Shown piece by piece: positions 22,201 to 35,771 of a stretch of DNA of 64,000 nucleotides (positions are counted from its first letter, which is position 1; every line of letters begins with the position of its first letter). Source of the stretch: Mizuhopecten yessoensis. Its lineage: Eukaryota. Below the pieces are notes generated by a model. The model worked only from the letters and a program-made list of their open reading frames with translations. It made no database searches and was not told where the DNA came from. The translations under genes were made by a program, and so were the position numbers. The DNA lies in NCBI RefSeq assembly GCF_002113885.1, contig NW_018408705.1, positions 334,000 through 397,999 on the forward strand. The letters run 5' to 3'.

Positions 22201-25200
22201 GGGGAGAATATCGGAGAAGCATTGATCACAAATAATTGTTTGATGAACGAGACCATAAACATGTCTATAAGATCATCGTTACCAGGCGTATATGTGTGAT
22301 CCAGGACATCCCCGCTAACCAACCAGGGGCCAACAATTGGTCAACATTCATCAACCATTGACCATCATACTCCAAACATTTTACACGATTGATAATGATT
22401 GACCAAAACCGTAGACTCGTGCTGGTCAGTGACCTTGATGAGTAATAAACCGACATGGTAACCTGGAACTAATACCACCGGTGTACGATGTCAAGGCGTT
22501 ACACACGAGACCCGTATATTACCCAGAATGCAATGCGAATAACTGATGCATGCTATGGAATCGGTCGACTGATATAGTTATTGATGTGTAATATGTGTAT
22601 ATAATCAGGGTATAAAATCATTGAGTAACATGAATGAAATACGAATTACGAAAACATCATCTTTTACCCCGTAGCTGTATGTAAACAGTAACGGCATGGG
22701 TGTTTTTTTAAAAGAAAGAAACGTTAGGTTTGGAGACTAATGGTACTAGGGCAGCGATCATGGGTTATTCTTCATGCGCGCTCACACGCATGTGCAACAA
22801 GACAATGCCACACACTCTTGGTCATTACCATGACGTCAAAGTCATCGAAGATAGATTTACAGAATACTTATTTTGCTTTTTAACCAATTGATTTATTGTA
22901 ATCACGTGATTTAATTTTTTGAAAAACATTATTGATGATAAAAGGAAATGGTCCATTAGTTTTTCTGCTGCATGCATGTCCATGTACGTCTGCTGTAGGG
23001 AAATAGGTTTCATGCCAGTAAATGTGATTCGTTTTAAGAGCTCCATTTCTCCTTTCGTCAATTTAACAGCATCTTATTACCCACTATGCATGAAAGATTT
23101 AATATTGTTACTTGTGAATATAAATATTCCTACCCAGGTTTATTTTATCATGGTCAGAATCATTTTGTCAGAAATTTCAGTTGTCACAATGTAGGCAATA
23201 CTTACAAAAGGGGCCATCTTAATGTAGTTTATTTCCATCTCTTAACGCTGTTATTTGTAACAATGTTAATTTTTTATTCATTTTGAAAATGTAACGTTTC
23301 CGTAAATTACATTTCGACGATAAATTGTAAAAACAACCATTTTGATAACATATATGATTATAAACTAGTGGGTTTAAAGAAACTGTGTTTACGTGTTCAA
23401 AATACGGGAGAAGATGTATGAAAGCGATATAGCCGATAAATAATTTTGGTCGCTGTCTAAGTGGAGGCCATTTGTCGCATCCATTTGTTTCCCTCGCTTT
23501 AACTGAGATGAATAGTTGCACGTGCCTTTGGTAACGTCTTTTCACAACACGTGGTCCTGTTCTCCAGGCGGATGTCCTGTACCCATGCGAACTTCCCGGT
23601 AATTGTACGTCTGGATAGGCGATGATGACGTCACAGACACATATAATTAGCCATAAGGTTAATAAAAAAAATGTAACAAGTCGCGGAAGCGAGACTAGAG
23701 CACCGTTTACGTTGGTATTTGATAGGATAACACGTGCTGTACGATCTGGATGACACGGAGGGTGTGAAATCTCGGGTGGATAAGGGACCAACTATTGCAT
23801 CTCCATTGGTTAGATGGACGACTTGTCTCATAGAATTTTAAGGCACATGGACAACGTTTACCGAGTCAGCACTATTTGACATTTCGAATCGAATGATCTA
23901 GTTAACTGTCAGACATAAGAAAACGATCGGTGATAATATGCGATCGGGTACGTCATTCGTTCCCCCAAAAATGGCCTTTGTAGATCGCAGACCGCATACG
24001 TAAAATCCGATTGTCTCGCCACACCACGCCAAACGTTACATTATGTATACGTTCAAAGGAACTCTTTTGAGTTTTCCATAGTACAGTAACTTAATAGGAC
24101 GCCCGTTGTCTTGGTGACGTCATTTTGGTATTTTGAGGCATACTTTAAGGCGCCGATCTAGCGATGTACAGGTGAAAATTCATTATTTAGAAGAAAATTT
24201 CGGGAAAATAAAAGGAATCCTTGATAATTATTTATTCATATTTTGTTTGAATTAAGTAGCCTTGGATCTCCAGTGTTGGATATACATGTTCGTACGGAAT
24301 ATATATAGAAAAGGCGTCCTTATTTGTTCTGTCAGTGTAAAAACTACCTTCAAATCGTCTCGTTACGGACGTCCGGCACGGTCCCGCCACGATATGACGG
24401 CGGTATAGCAATCAATCTGTAAAGCGTCTAGCGGGCATTGATTGGGAAAAACATATATCTGACTTCAACTAGCATCACCTAAATCAGTGCCGGTCCGGGG
24501 TATGGTCATGGCGCAGTCGTATCGACTGGGCAGACCCCGGGGGTTAATGAACAGCAACCTGTGTCTGCCGGTCTACTCTTATCGGAGGGAACAGACAGTT
24601 AAACATGTATAGTATCAAGTTACAATATTTCCCATTGGCCATGTTAAAACGGAACGATTTCGGTCCTTATAGCCGCTTACATGTACCTGTCACATTTTGC
24701 CGCATTTATAAATCCATATCATTTAGGCGCTTGATTTAAGTAGTTGTGCTTTGACAATACGTAAGTCATGCGCACATCTTGATTTGAGGTTCCACTGAGC
24801 TTGATTTAATTGTGTCGGACATTTGCGTCCGAGCAATGATTGGATACTTTGTATGATATAGCTACATCGTTAGAGCGGAGGACGATTGGTTCACATATGG
24901 TCGACCAAACTTACGCTGCTTGCACAGGAAGAGAAAACTGATGTAAACAACGTAATTACTACCAAGCAAGGACAGAGCAAACGAACCTTCCCCAAGGTCG
25001 TTCCTCCGATCCAGGGCGGAAGTTTTCCCTGCGATGCCAAGAGACTGGGATTTAGGCAGATATATACTCAGCTGGTAGAGACCTACGTTTGTAGATACGC
25101 GAATATAATTTAGAAACTTTAAGAAGCTTTATTGTCGAATTCTTATTCAATCCTGTGGCTTTACTGTTTCCAATTGTATTATGGTAAACGTCAGGGTCAC

Positions 25201-26120
25201 GGTCAAAACGTTACGGAGTTTTTGGATATGGTTGGCGGCCGGGCTCATTGCCACTCGTGTCGCTGACATTTGGTCTATCATCCTAACCGGAATTGCTTTG
25301 ATCAAATTTCCATAAAAACGACCATGATTGTGCTTTTCCTTCATGTAAACATGGACGGGATCAGTAAGGAACTAGTTTCATTAGTCCTGGGTCGCAGTTC
25401 GAGTGTTTTATAACAATATCATATGCCTTTGTATGGTCGGCAAGTCTTCTCATTTGGAAGCAAGGGTCTGCTTAAGTGTGCTGTATACACGGGTTGATGT
25501 TGGCTATAGACGGACGGGCAATATCCAAGCTGTATTACACTCTCCTTGATTGCGACTGTTAGAATTAATGATTTCGATCTTTGGAAATCCCGGGAATGAG
25601 TTTTACTGACTCATTCCATGATCCAAGGAAAGGTTCATTGGTTGGGTCTCAGACTTTGAATTCCGAATAGGATCGTGTTGCTCATTACCGGATTTGGTGC
25701 CGGTCATTACATTGATGTTGTCTGTCCCTTAGTGTCTTGTGTAGGTGCTGGATACGACGGTCACTCCCGCCCAAATACACCCGACCCGTCGCTGGTCACC
25801 ATCACCATCATCATTAAAAATCAAGGTCACTTAATGATCACTTCAAGGTTTCACGGTCAAACTACATTTAAGGAACAAAGTCACACAAGGATTGTGTCTC
25901 ATAGAATTAATTCAAAACTACAGAAAGGTACTGCTTACTCTCACAGAACCAATTTGTAGTTACAAGGATATTAATTGGTACAATGTAATGTCTGAGCGCT
26001 TCAATTGGTAGTCACAAACTATTTATTAGTAGTCTTGCAGCTACAGAATATTTATTCGTCGTATTAATTGTTAGTTACCGAGCAATGCTTGGAAGTGTTG
26101 GGATATTTATTTGTGGTAAC

Positions 26121-27155
26121 ATTATAATAATACGTATTATCTCGGAGCACCAGCTTGTAGCTACAGGATATTAATTTGTGGTATCATTATAGTAATACGT
26201 ATTATCTCGGAGCACCAGTTTGTAGCTACAGGATTTTAATTTGTGGTAACATTATAGTAATACGAATTATCTCGTAGCACCAGTTTGTAGCTACAGGATA
26301 TTAATGTGGGGTAACAGTATAGTAATACGAATTATCTCGGAGCACCAGTTTGTAGCTACAGGATATTAATATGGGGTAACATTATAGCAATACAAATTAT
26401 CTCGGAGCACCAGTTTGTAGCTACAGGATATTAATTTGTGGTAACATTATCGTAATACGTATTATCTCGGAGCACCTGTTTGTAGCTACAGGATATTAAT
26501 TTGTGGTAACATTATGGTAATACGTATTATCTCGGAGCACCAGTTTGTAGCTACAGGACATTAATTTGTGGTAACATTATAATAATACGTATTATCTCGG
26601 AGCACCAGTTTGTAGCTACAGGACATTAATTTGTGGTAACATTATAATAATACGTATTATCTCGGAGCACAAGTTTGTAGCTACAGGATATTAATTTGTG
26701 GTAACATTATAGTAATACGAATTATCTCGGAGCACCAGTTTGTAGCTACAGGACATTAATTTGTGGTAACATTATAATAATACGTATTATCTCGGAGCAC
26801 CAGTTTGTAGCTACAGGATATTATTTTGTGGTAACATTATGGTAATACGTATTATCTCGGAGCACCAGTTTGTAGCTACAGGATATTAATTTGTGGTAAC
26901 ATTATGGTAATACGTATTATCTGGGAGCACCAGTTTGTAGCTACAGGACATTAATTTGTGGTAACATTATAGTAATACGTATTATCTCGGAGCACAAATT
27001 TGTAGCTACAGGATATTAATTTGTGGTATCATTATAGTAATACGTATTATCTCGGAGCACCAGTTTGTAGCTACAGGATATTAATTTGTGGTAACATTAT
27101 AGTAATACGTATTATCTCGGAGCACAAGTTTGTAGCTACAGGATATTAATTTGTA
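26121..27155. repeat. 65-bp minisatellite, about 16 near-identical copies
   Basis: Unit attatagtaatacgtattatctcggagcaccagtttgtagctacaggatattaatttgtggtaac. Confidence 0.97.
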
Positions 27156-27984
27156 GTATGTACTTCCATTTGGAGCATCATTTTGAAATCACAGAACATG
27201 TGTGTGCACTCTATTTTATTACGTCATACTGTTGCTCAGAGAGGAAATCTCAGATTAGTACATGTACGTTTTAGTCTCTGAATCAAATATTATTTTTGTA
27301 TTATATTTTATTTTATTTTTTTGCAAATTCGAGATGAAGAATTGTTGATTTTAAGCTCGGGGCTTTGCCGAATGCTTTAATCTGCAATTAATCACCGGGA
27401 TCGGGAAATTTATTATACCACGGTGCCAAAAAAGATTACATGCTTCTTACATAAGACAAAAGCAGATGATTGCTGAGACCTTATAACCACAAGTCATTGT
27501 AAACAGCGTTTGATGAATTTGGCGCGAAAACGTGGTTCTTGCTTCCAAAATTACCTTGCAGGATTATTACGTCACAGATTGCGAGGTCAATATCTGAATA
27601 AGTTTGAATAAAGGAATATTTACTCCTGCTTGAAAGTTGCAAAGTGATATAGAAGGTTTAGAGTGACGCCTCAACCGATTCCGACACCATGCGTCATTTT
27701 CAAGAGATAATTGTTTTGGTGAAGGTCGTTCAAATTAGAATTTTGTATATTAACAAATAAAAAAAATATATATATAAACTATAATACAATATAATACTCA
27801 TCTAAAAAACAAATGTAGGTGTGTGATAAAATATCCCACATATTTTTCATCAGACGTCATTGGCAGGACTACTTTATTACACGGACTAAAATATATTAGC
27901 AAGACTACATGTTCGCGTAGTATTCGTGGATATATTGAAATATTATGTTCAACATGTTATAATAGTGTTTTTATTGTTTTGCAG

Positions 27985-28029
27985 GACGAGAAAAACCAAA
28001 TTATGACTACAAACGTCTGGCTTCGTCAG
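27985..28029 (+). CDS. nAChR alpha coding exon 2 (45 nt, loop D: DEKNQIMTTNVWLRQ)
   Basis: Acceptor ttttattgttttgcag| and donor CAG|GTAAGG. This is the canonical 45-nt nAChR exon. Confidence 0.96.
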
Positions 28030-29705
28030 GTAAGGCATCACATCACAAGAGTGATTTTCTCTTGAAATCAATCTTCAAATAAGGAGGACGAAATGTTATC
28101 GTTCATAATAACTGCATTCAATACGAAGCACGAGAACTTGCGCTTTTTTGTATATATGTTAGAATAATTGACATTATGAACAGAAAAGGCTATAACTGTC
28201 GGTTGTAACTACACACTATTTCAAACATTTAGATGAGTTATTGAGATAACACGTAGTAGATTCAACACGATAACGTTTGATTTAAAACACACATTCACCA
28301 AGACCTATCGAGTTTGTGTGTTGCCTGGCCTATACGTTTGCCCATCGCTCGGAGTAGGGAATCCGTTGCCATTCGAGAGACGGGAGCCTCACAACGTTAG
28401 CGCATCTGATGGAGGTAGTGTTCCCTATCGGCACTATTTTATTCGTAATATAAGTCATAAATGCTTTATATCGTCGATAGGATCAGCAGACATGTGTTAA
28501 ATCACATTTAAAGTACAGAATCGCCTGGTTTACGGACGCCGTTATAACGATACCCTGGTCAATGATAGATGATTCGCTCTCTAATTCAGATTGATTTATT
28601 TTTGCTCAGTTTGACCAAAGCAATTGTACTAAGCCCGGATTCCCCGTCGCCGTATCTCTAACTATACACTCACTAGATGGATTCCGCTACAGCAGTGAGG
28701 ATGAGTATGAGAGAGAGCAGCTGGCTATCGATGTTTGTACCGATCAGTCGAACGTTTGTAGCCGACCTGTCATCAACACTGGCTAAACAAAATACGGCGT
28801 TTGAGTAAACGTTCATGGTAAACTATTCGATCTTTGACGTTTTACAAGGTCGGTCTGTAAATGAAATGGAACTAAGGACAAACCAATTTCTCGTTCGGAC
28901 ACGAAACTGAAAACATTATGACTTTTGGACGTAAATAACGAATGACATAATTGTCAACCATGCTGAAACCTCCATAAATAGTTATGTGCCTGTACATCAT
29001 GTATGTAAAGCCAAGTCGTTCCATTCATTTACTGATATGAATGATAGATACTCTCGGAAGTTGTCACTTTTAATAAAACGCCCATGTGGAGATGGGTCTA
29101 CGATACATGCCGAACGTCTCTGAATGTGATGTCGGAGCTTGGCAGATGTACATTTGTAGCCGTGTGTCATTGCTGCTGTGTGTTATTGTAACCGCTTTTT
29201 AGTTAGAAGTATTGATGTGTATCTGCCTCGCTAAAATACATATTTTTCAAGCTTAATTAGTTCATTCCGTATTTGAAAACGTTCCGTTTGAAATCTAAAT
29301 GACGGTATCGTGTAACCGCGCGTTACACGGACTTTATGTAAGAGGAGAACGTGGCACAGGATCGGAGGGCTCATCATTATTGTTCTGTACTGAAACATGT
29401 AATCAGGATCCTCAAGTCTTCTTACCGCCGAATTATTAACGGTGGGTGACATATGCCGGGATATGTAACCAACACGCGATGTACGACCTCACTGCACGTG
29501 CATTTTGAGCTATAATAACGCAACAGCACGCGATTTGTCGGTTTGAGAAAAGCTAACGTACGGCGTATAATAACCAAGTGCAAGAAACACTTTTATTGAT
29601 TCCCAAACAAATTGTTTCAGACATATTTTTTCAACATATGATGTAATATTGAAGAAAGCGATATTTCAACGAACTTTGTATCTGACAAAGTATTCCGGAT
29701 AACCG

Positions 29706-31504
29706 TTTTTTAGCTCACCTTGCACAAAGTGCCAAGTGAGATTATGCCGTTGTGCGTCGTCCGTCGTCCGTCCGTCCATCCGGCGTCAATATTTTACTTT
29801 AAACGACTTCTTCTTAATAACTGAAAGGCCTAGGGTGATGATATTTGGCCAGAAGCAAAGTGGGATGAAGGGCTACCAAGTTTGTTCAAATAAATGACCT
29901 TTACCTATGTTCAAGGTCACAGAGGTCAAATAGGTTAAAAACTTTAAACAACTTCTTCTGAATAACTTAGAGGCCTATGATAATGATATTTGGCCAGTAA
30001 CATGCTATGATAAAGGACTACTAAGTTTTTTTAAAAATGAATGACCTTTACCTATATTCAAGGTCTTAAGGGTCAAATATGTTTAAAGCCTTTTAAACAA
30101 CTTTTTCTCAATAATGAAAAGGTTTAGGATGATGCTATTTGACCAGTAGCATGCTGTAACAGAGGGCTACAAAGTTTGTTCAAATGAATTACCTTGACCT
30201 ATATTCAAGGTCACAGAGGTCAAATATGTTTAAAACCTTTAAACAACTTCTTCTGAATAACCAAGAAGCCTAGGATAATGATATTTGACCAGTAACATGC
30301 TGCGATAAAGGGCTACCAAGTTTGTTCAAACAAATGACCTTTACTTATATTCAATGTCACAGGGGTCAAATATGTTTAAAACCTTTAACAACTTCTTCGG
30401 AATAACCAAGAGGCCTTGGATAATGATATTTGGTCAGTAATTTGCTGGGATGAAGGGCTACCAAGTTTGTTCAAATGAATGACCTTGATAAACTTTCAAG
30501 GTCACAGGGGTGAAGTGTGTTAAACATCTTCAAACAACTTCTTCTCAATAACCAAAAGGCAAAGGGTACTGCTATTGGGCCTGTAGCATGCTGGGCTGAA
30601 GGGCTAGCAAGTTTGTTCCAATGAATGACCTTGACCTGCTTTGAAGGTCACAGGGGTCAAATGTGTTAAAATATTCAAACGACTTCTTCTCAGTAACCAA
30701 AATGCCCAAAATACTGATATTGGGCCTGCAGTATGCATGGATGAAGGGCTACCATGTTTGTTCAAATCAATGACCTTGTCCTTTTTTTTCAAGATCACAG
30801 GGGTTTTATATATGTAAGATCTTTAAACAACTCCTCTTCTGAATACCTAAGAGGCATAGGATAATGCTATTTTGCCAATAACATGCTGGGATGAAGGGCT
30901 ACCAAGTTTGTTCAAATGAATGACCTTCATCTATGTTCTAGGCCACAGGGGTCAAATATGTAAACATCTTTTAAAAACTTCTTCTCAATAACCAAAAGGC
31001 CTTGGATGATGATATTTTGCCAGTAACATGCTGGGATGAAGGGCTACCAAGTTTGACCAAACAAATGACCTTCATCTATTTTCAAGGCCACAGGGGTCAA
31101 ATATGTTTAAAATCTTTGCACAACTTCTCCTGAATACCCAAGAGGCCTAGAACAATGATATTTGACTAGTATCATGCTCAGATGAAGGGCTACCAAGTTT
31201 GTTCAAACAAACGACCTTCGCCCATTTTCAATGTCACAGGGGTCAAATATGTGTAAATCTAAGAGGCAAAGGCTAATGATATTTGGCCAGTAACATGCTG
31301 GGATGAAGGGCTACAAAGTTTGTTCAAATGAATTACCTTCATCTATGTTCAAGGTCACAGGGGTCAAATATGTTTAAAACCTTTAATAGATTCAAATGGA
31401 TCGAACACAGATGTTTTGCCTGTAGCTGTATATTAGTCCACTTTTAAGATTATAAGTGTGAGATTAATACCAGCTGAGCGATTCAGGCCCATAGGGCCTC
31501 TTGT
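29706..31504 (+). mobile_element. Helentron-associated (HINE-like) element with about 11 internal tandem repeats of about 146 bp
   Basis: 5' ttttttagctcacct box with hairpin, (GTCC)n microsatellite, unit starts aaacaacttcttc at about 29801, 29947, 30095, 30241, 30387 and onward, 3' box agctgagcga plus aggccc-ata-gggcct hairpin. Confidence 0.85.
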
Positions 31505-33061
31505 CCTTATTAGACACGTTTCTTCACATCCGAAGGGAACTTTCGGACTTTCTTTACAGTTCTGTCTTTATTCGATTATTAACACCTTTTTTCGGGATTT
31601 TATGTAAAGTAATAATTGGAATAACTTTTAAATAGTTATGGCAATATTGGCATTGTTTTAAAGCCGAAAATCCTGGAACAGTTTCAGAAGTTAATATCTA
31701 ATTATCTAATTTCATTAGAATTGCTTTTTGTTTTGTTCTTTTTCATTTATATTCGTCTAATCTGTATTTCAACAACTCGATTATACATGTAAATGTATCC
31801 CAAAAATATAGTCATACGTTTTTTAAAGTGCGTCAGTTGCTGTTTAGCAGTGGTACATGTATCAGAAGGTCAACAGTAGTATGTTCCGAGAGTTGCCCAC
31901 CCGTTCGGAAAAAGGAAAACGTTTGATAAAGAAAAAACAATTTATTTTCAGGAAGACTGTTTGAATCTGCGATAAAGGACAATGGTTTCATTACCGCGTC
32001 AAATCTTGTAGAAAGTAATATTTATATAAAAATGCAATTAATATTGACTTTTTAATTCAAACTTAACATGCCTATTTTTTTAAACATGTCTTAGTGTAAA
32101 AAAAATGATTGTTTAAACAAACACAAATATACCTAAAAGCCATTGGTATCAATAAGAAGTCTGATGTAAATTTTGTTAAACGTATGTCACTTCGTAACCA
32201 GACATTTACAGTAGTGTAACTTATAGTGGAATCCAAGTCAAATATACAGAAACAGATCAGACTAAAACACCTGTCCAGACTTATAATAAAACGGAAGTAG
32301 AATTAAACGATGGACAATTCTGTTCTCGTATATCGAGCTGAAATACCGCACGTGTTGGAGAGATGCCATATTAAGTGCACGTGTACATAATATATTGGAT
32401 GGCTGGCCTGCTGGATATATGGCCGTGTAAGAACGCAAATTGTACACTTTAACCGTGTTTTGTGGGGAATTATACGGGTTAATTACGTGTACATGTGTAG
32501 GTCTGTGAGACCGGTTACATAAACATATGGTTTATTATCTGTGCATGTTGGTGTGTGGTGATATTGTAGCGAGCGTGCCATTTAATGACTCCTAGGGCGG
32601 TGTCATTGGACGCTGGTTACCTGCCTGTGGTATACATTTTATTTTGTAAGGGGCTGTATCTAGTTATTAAGGTTATAATGGATGTGGCTGGTTATTTACT
32701 AAGAGTGTAAACTTAATTCATTGGGGCCATATCAAATTCATAATGACTATTTCTAGTGTAATTTATTTCGACTGAATCTGGTTGCTTACAAAGATTGTAT
32801 ATTTAATTCATACATGTATATCTAAAATACATATATAATGACAGTATCTAGTGTATATTTAATCTATAGTGACTGTACCTGGTTACCTACAAACGTACCT
32901 AACATGTTTATTAATTTATAGCGACACTCATATCTGGTTAGTTGCTAAAAGTATATATTTATTTTATCGTGACAATATCTGGATACTTGCTAATGTATGG
33001 TTACATTTAGTTAGAATACATGGGTTCTTACAGGAATGTTAAATTTAATTTACAGGGACTA

Positions 33062-33237
33062 ATCCGTCTTTGCGTATTTCAGAGATATCTTCTCTTGTTA
33101 GCAGGTATTGATTGTTACGTCGTTTGTTTGTGAGAGTAACGTCATCATTTTTTGATAATTTTCTCAAACAAACCAATGACGTAACAATCAATACCTTTTC
33201 ACAAGAGAAGATAACTCTGCAATACGCAAAGACGGAA
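33062..33237. mobile_element. Palindromic MITE, copy 1 (TIRs of about 60 bp)
   Basis: tccgtctttgcgtatt.cagag...gtattgattgttacgtc is mirrored by gacgtaacaatcaatac...ctctgcaatacgcaaagacgga. Confidence 0.85.
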
Positions 33238-33362
33238 CATATATCTTATTAGTTACTGTAAGTGTATATTTGTTTTATAGGGACTATATTCAATTTATAG
33301 GGACTGTATCTAGTTGCTTATTAGAAGTGTATATTTAATCTAGAAAAACCTATGTATACATA

Positions 33363-33548
33363 TTCCGTCTTTGCGTATTGCAGAGTTACCTACTCTTGAG
33401 AGCAGGTATTGATTGTTATGTCATTGGTTCGTGTGAGACAATTACGTCGTTTTCTCAAAAATTGATGACGTTACTCTCACAAACAAATGACGTAACAATC
33501 AATACCTGCTCTCAAGAGAAGATATCTCTGCAATACGCAAAGACGGAA
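33363..33548. mobile_element. Palindromic MITE, copy 2 (TA-flanked, Tc1/mariner-like), inverted relative to copy 1
   Basis: TA|ttccgtctttgcg...cgcaaagacggaa|TA. Internal tgatgacgttactctcacaaac is the reverse complement of the copy 1 interior. Confidence 0.85.
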
Positions 33549-34862
33549 TAACGCACGTAACAACTCTTGCAAATTAAAGCTTCTAGCAGTCTTCGCTTGG
33601 GAGAAAACAGAGACATGTTTATTATAACAGACTTGTTTGAAATCATTGGTATCGAGGAGTTGTCACTATACACAGGTTGTCAGAACCGCCACTGAATGTG
33701 GAAATTTCTATATCTAGCTGCCTAATAAGTAATTGCCATATATATATAGTATATGCACACAGTGCTTAACGTTGAACATATATTCTTGCAAAAGATATAT
33801 AATATAATGTATTATTAAATATATAGTGGGACCTTGTTATACTGCCAGAGTTTATCTAGCGAAATGTTGACGTCATAAAGAAGCAAAATTGAAATAGTAG
33901 TAAAAACTAACTATTTGAAAAGGAAAAGAGGACCATGAAATGTGTTGACAGTAAGCGAGGTGTTAAATCGATTGAGGGGCGAAACATCGAGGTTTTACTG
34001 TATATATAAGTGTATGCACATATACCCTCGTTTTCGAGCTGACCGTTAGAATAAGATATCGCACGTGGGCAAGCCATACAATACAAACTATTCTAACTTA
34101 CAGGTTTTGGCTATACAATGTATTGCTTTACTGCTTTGGTGTGACGTCACTTTGTCCGGCCCTTATTGTTGTTTACCACACATCTCTTGATTTGGCAGTT
34201 TTCCTACCAATTCCCAGGCCATTCATGCTTAGTTTACAATGGCGACTTTTCACCCAAGACGACCATCATTCCGTACAAAAGTGTGTTCATGTCCAAAAGT
34301 TCGCTTTGATATAAAGATCACTGCGATTTAAAATCAATAATTGTTTTTGCTTCTGATCAGGACACAGCCAATCCACATAGTTCGACTAATGAGGAATTTT
34401 ACTTGAAAAACATTAAACCACGTACGTGCTACCGGTGTGTCGGTGGTACTCGATGACGTCACATTATGACGAAAGGCGATGAAGGGGGTAAACAATTTCG
34501 GATTTGTTCTTTCTTTATGTACAGGAGTGAACTGAATTTGTCCCGTCGACAGAATCTTGATGAAATGTGGTCATTGTGATATTGGAACAGACCTCTTTAT
34601 TAAGACAAATATCGCTCTTTACACACACTTATTTATGCAAATTGTATTATCCATAAGAAGAAAGTCAGGTGTTCTAATCCAAAAATAAAAGTTTCTGCAA
34701 AACGATGTCCATTCTAAAGAGGTTATACTGTAGCCTGCAAGGTGATGGGTAACTTAATTCCTAAAACGATCCCGTGTTTCTGCCTTTCTGTGTGGGGGAC
34801 AGACACAATGACGTCACGGCTTACCTAACCCGCTTTGTCCTCTCTCTCACCCTACTAACCAG

Positions 34863-34972
34863 GAATGGTATGACTACAAATTGAGCTGGCAGAAGGCAGA
34901 GTATGGAGGGGTGGACCGACTCTACGTCCCCTCAAAACAAATATGGCTACCGGACATCGTACTTTACAATAA
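34863..34972 (+). CDS. nAChR alpha exon 3a (110 nt; [36 protein letters not shown]), alternative
   Basis: Pyrimidine tract plus ccag| acceptor and AA|GTAGGT donor, phase 0 to 2, loop A motif WLPDIVLYN. Not in the ORF track. Confidence 0.95.
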
Positions 34973-35771
34973 GTAGGTAGAGGTTGGTACTGGTCAATGT
35001 AGTGGTCAGCATGCTAGTTCTCCAATATGTCGCACGGACACATTATCGTGATCAGACTAAATACGCCTTTACATGACAAACTCTTTCTGTTCTGCAAATG
35101 TACAAAGTAAATCCGTTAAACATGTGTATGTTTTCAAGCAAAACAATGCAATATGACCATGCTGTAATGGAACAAAATCTGTAAAGCATGTCAGTCGCCA
35201 AACCACAATAATAGTCCGCGGGTATTGGAGGATATATATGTCGTGGGTACTGACGACATCGGGACCATCCAGGAGTCAGGTAATGAAGAAAATCCAAAGA
35301 GGACATAACTAACGATTTTCCTTTTTTTATTCTACGTATTTTTGTATGTAAATTTCAATTTAGATTGAACATTCATGACATTTTGAAAATACAAACAGTA
35401 GCGTGATGTCGATCCTTTTGAACTGTGCCAGGCCATGGCTTGGTCCGGTGCCTGTTGAGTCGTTAGCCCTGTTATAAAGGTAAGACACCAAGGGTAAACC
35501 ATCACTCATAACATATCCCGTCAACGCTTTGTTTTTTGTGTGGGCCTTTGGTTTCTGTTATCTAAGAATAATAAACTAACATAGAACGGTACGGAACGGA
35601 AGCAGCGAGGCCAGGTTACCGTACGTATTCTACTGCGCACTCTGTCCTCTCCTGGTCTTCTCACTTCCTGCATTAGACGAGCATGCGCATGGGGCGTGGA
35701 ACAGGTCTGTACTAACACTGGGAAGCTCGTGTTTTACAAACTGACTTGGTTTAATTATTTGTTTCTGAAAG

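Noticed and set aside
24928-24975. cag|GAAGAGAAA... (EEKTDVNNVITTKQ) as a possible alternative exon 2
   Set aside because: Only superficial similarity to DEKNQIMTT. It lacks the loop D Trp, a pyrimidine tract and a donor at 45 nt.
26121-27155. CRISPR-like appearance (regular palindromic repeats)
   Set aside because: Units are contiguous with no unique spacers, the context is eukaryotic and there are no cas genes.
35364-35481. Strong donor AAG|GTAAGA at 35480 between 3a and 3b (third variant or poison exon?)
   Set aside because: No similarity to exon 3, and every nearby acceptor gives a stop in the relevant frames. Cannot be supported without RNA data.
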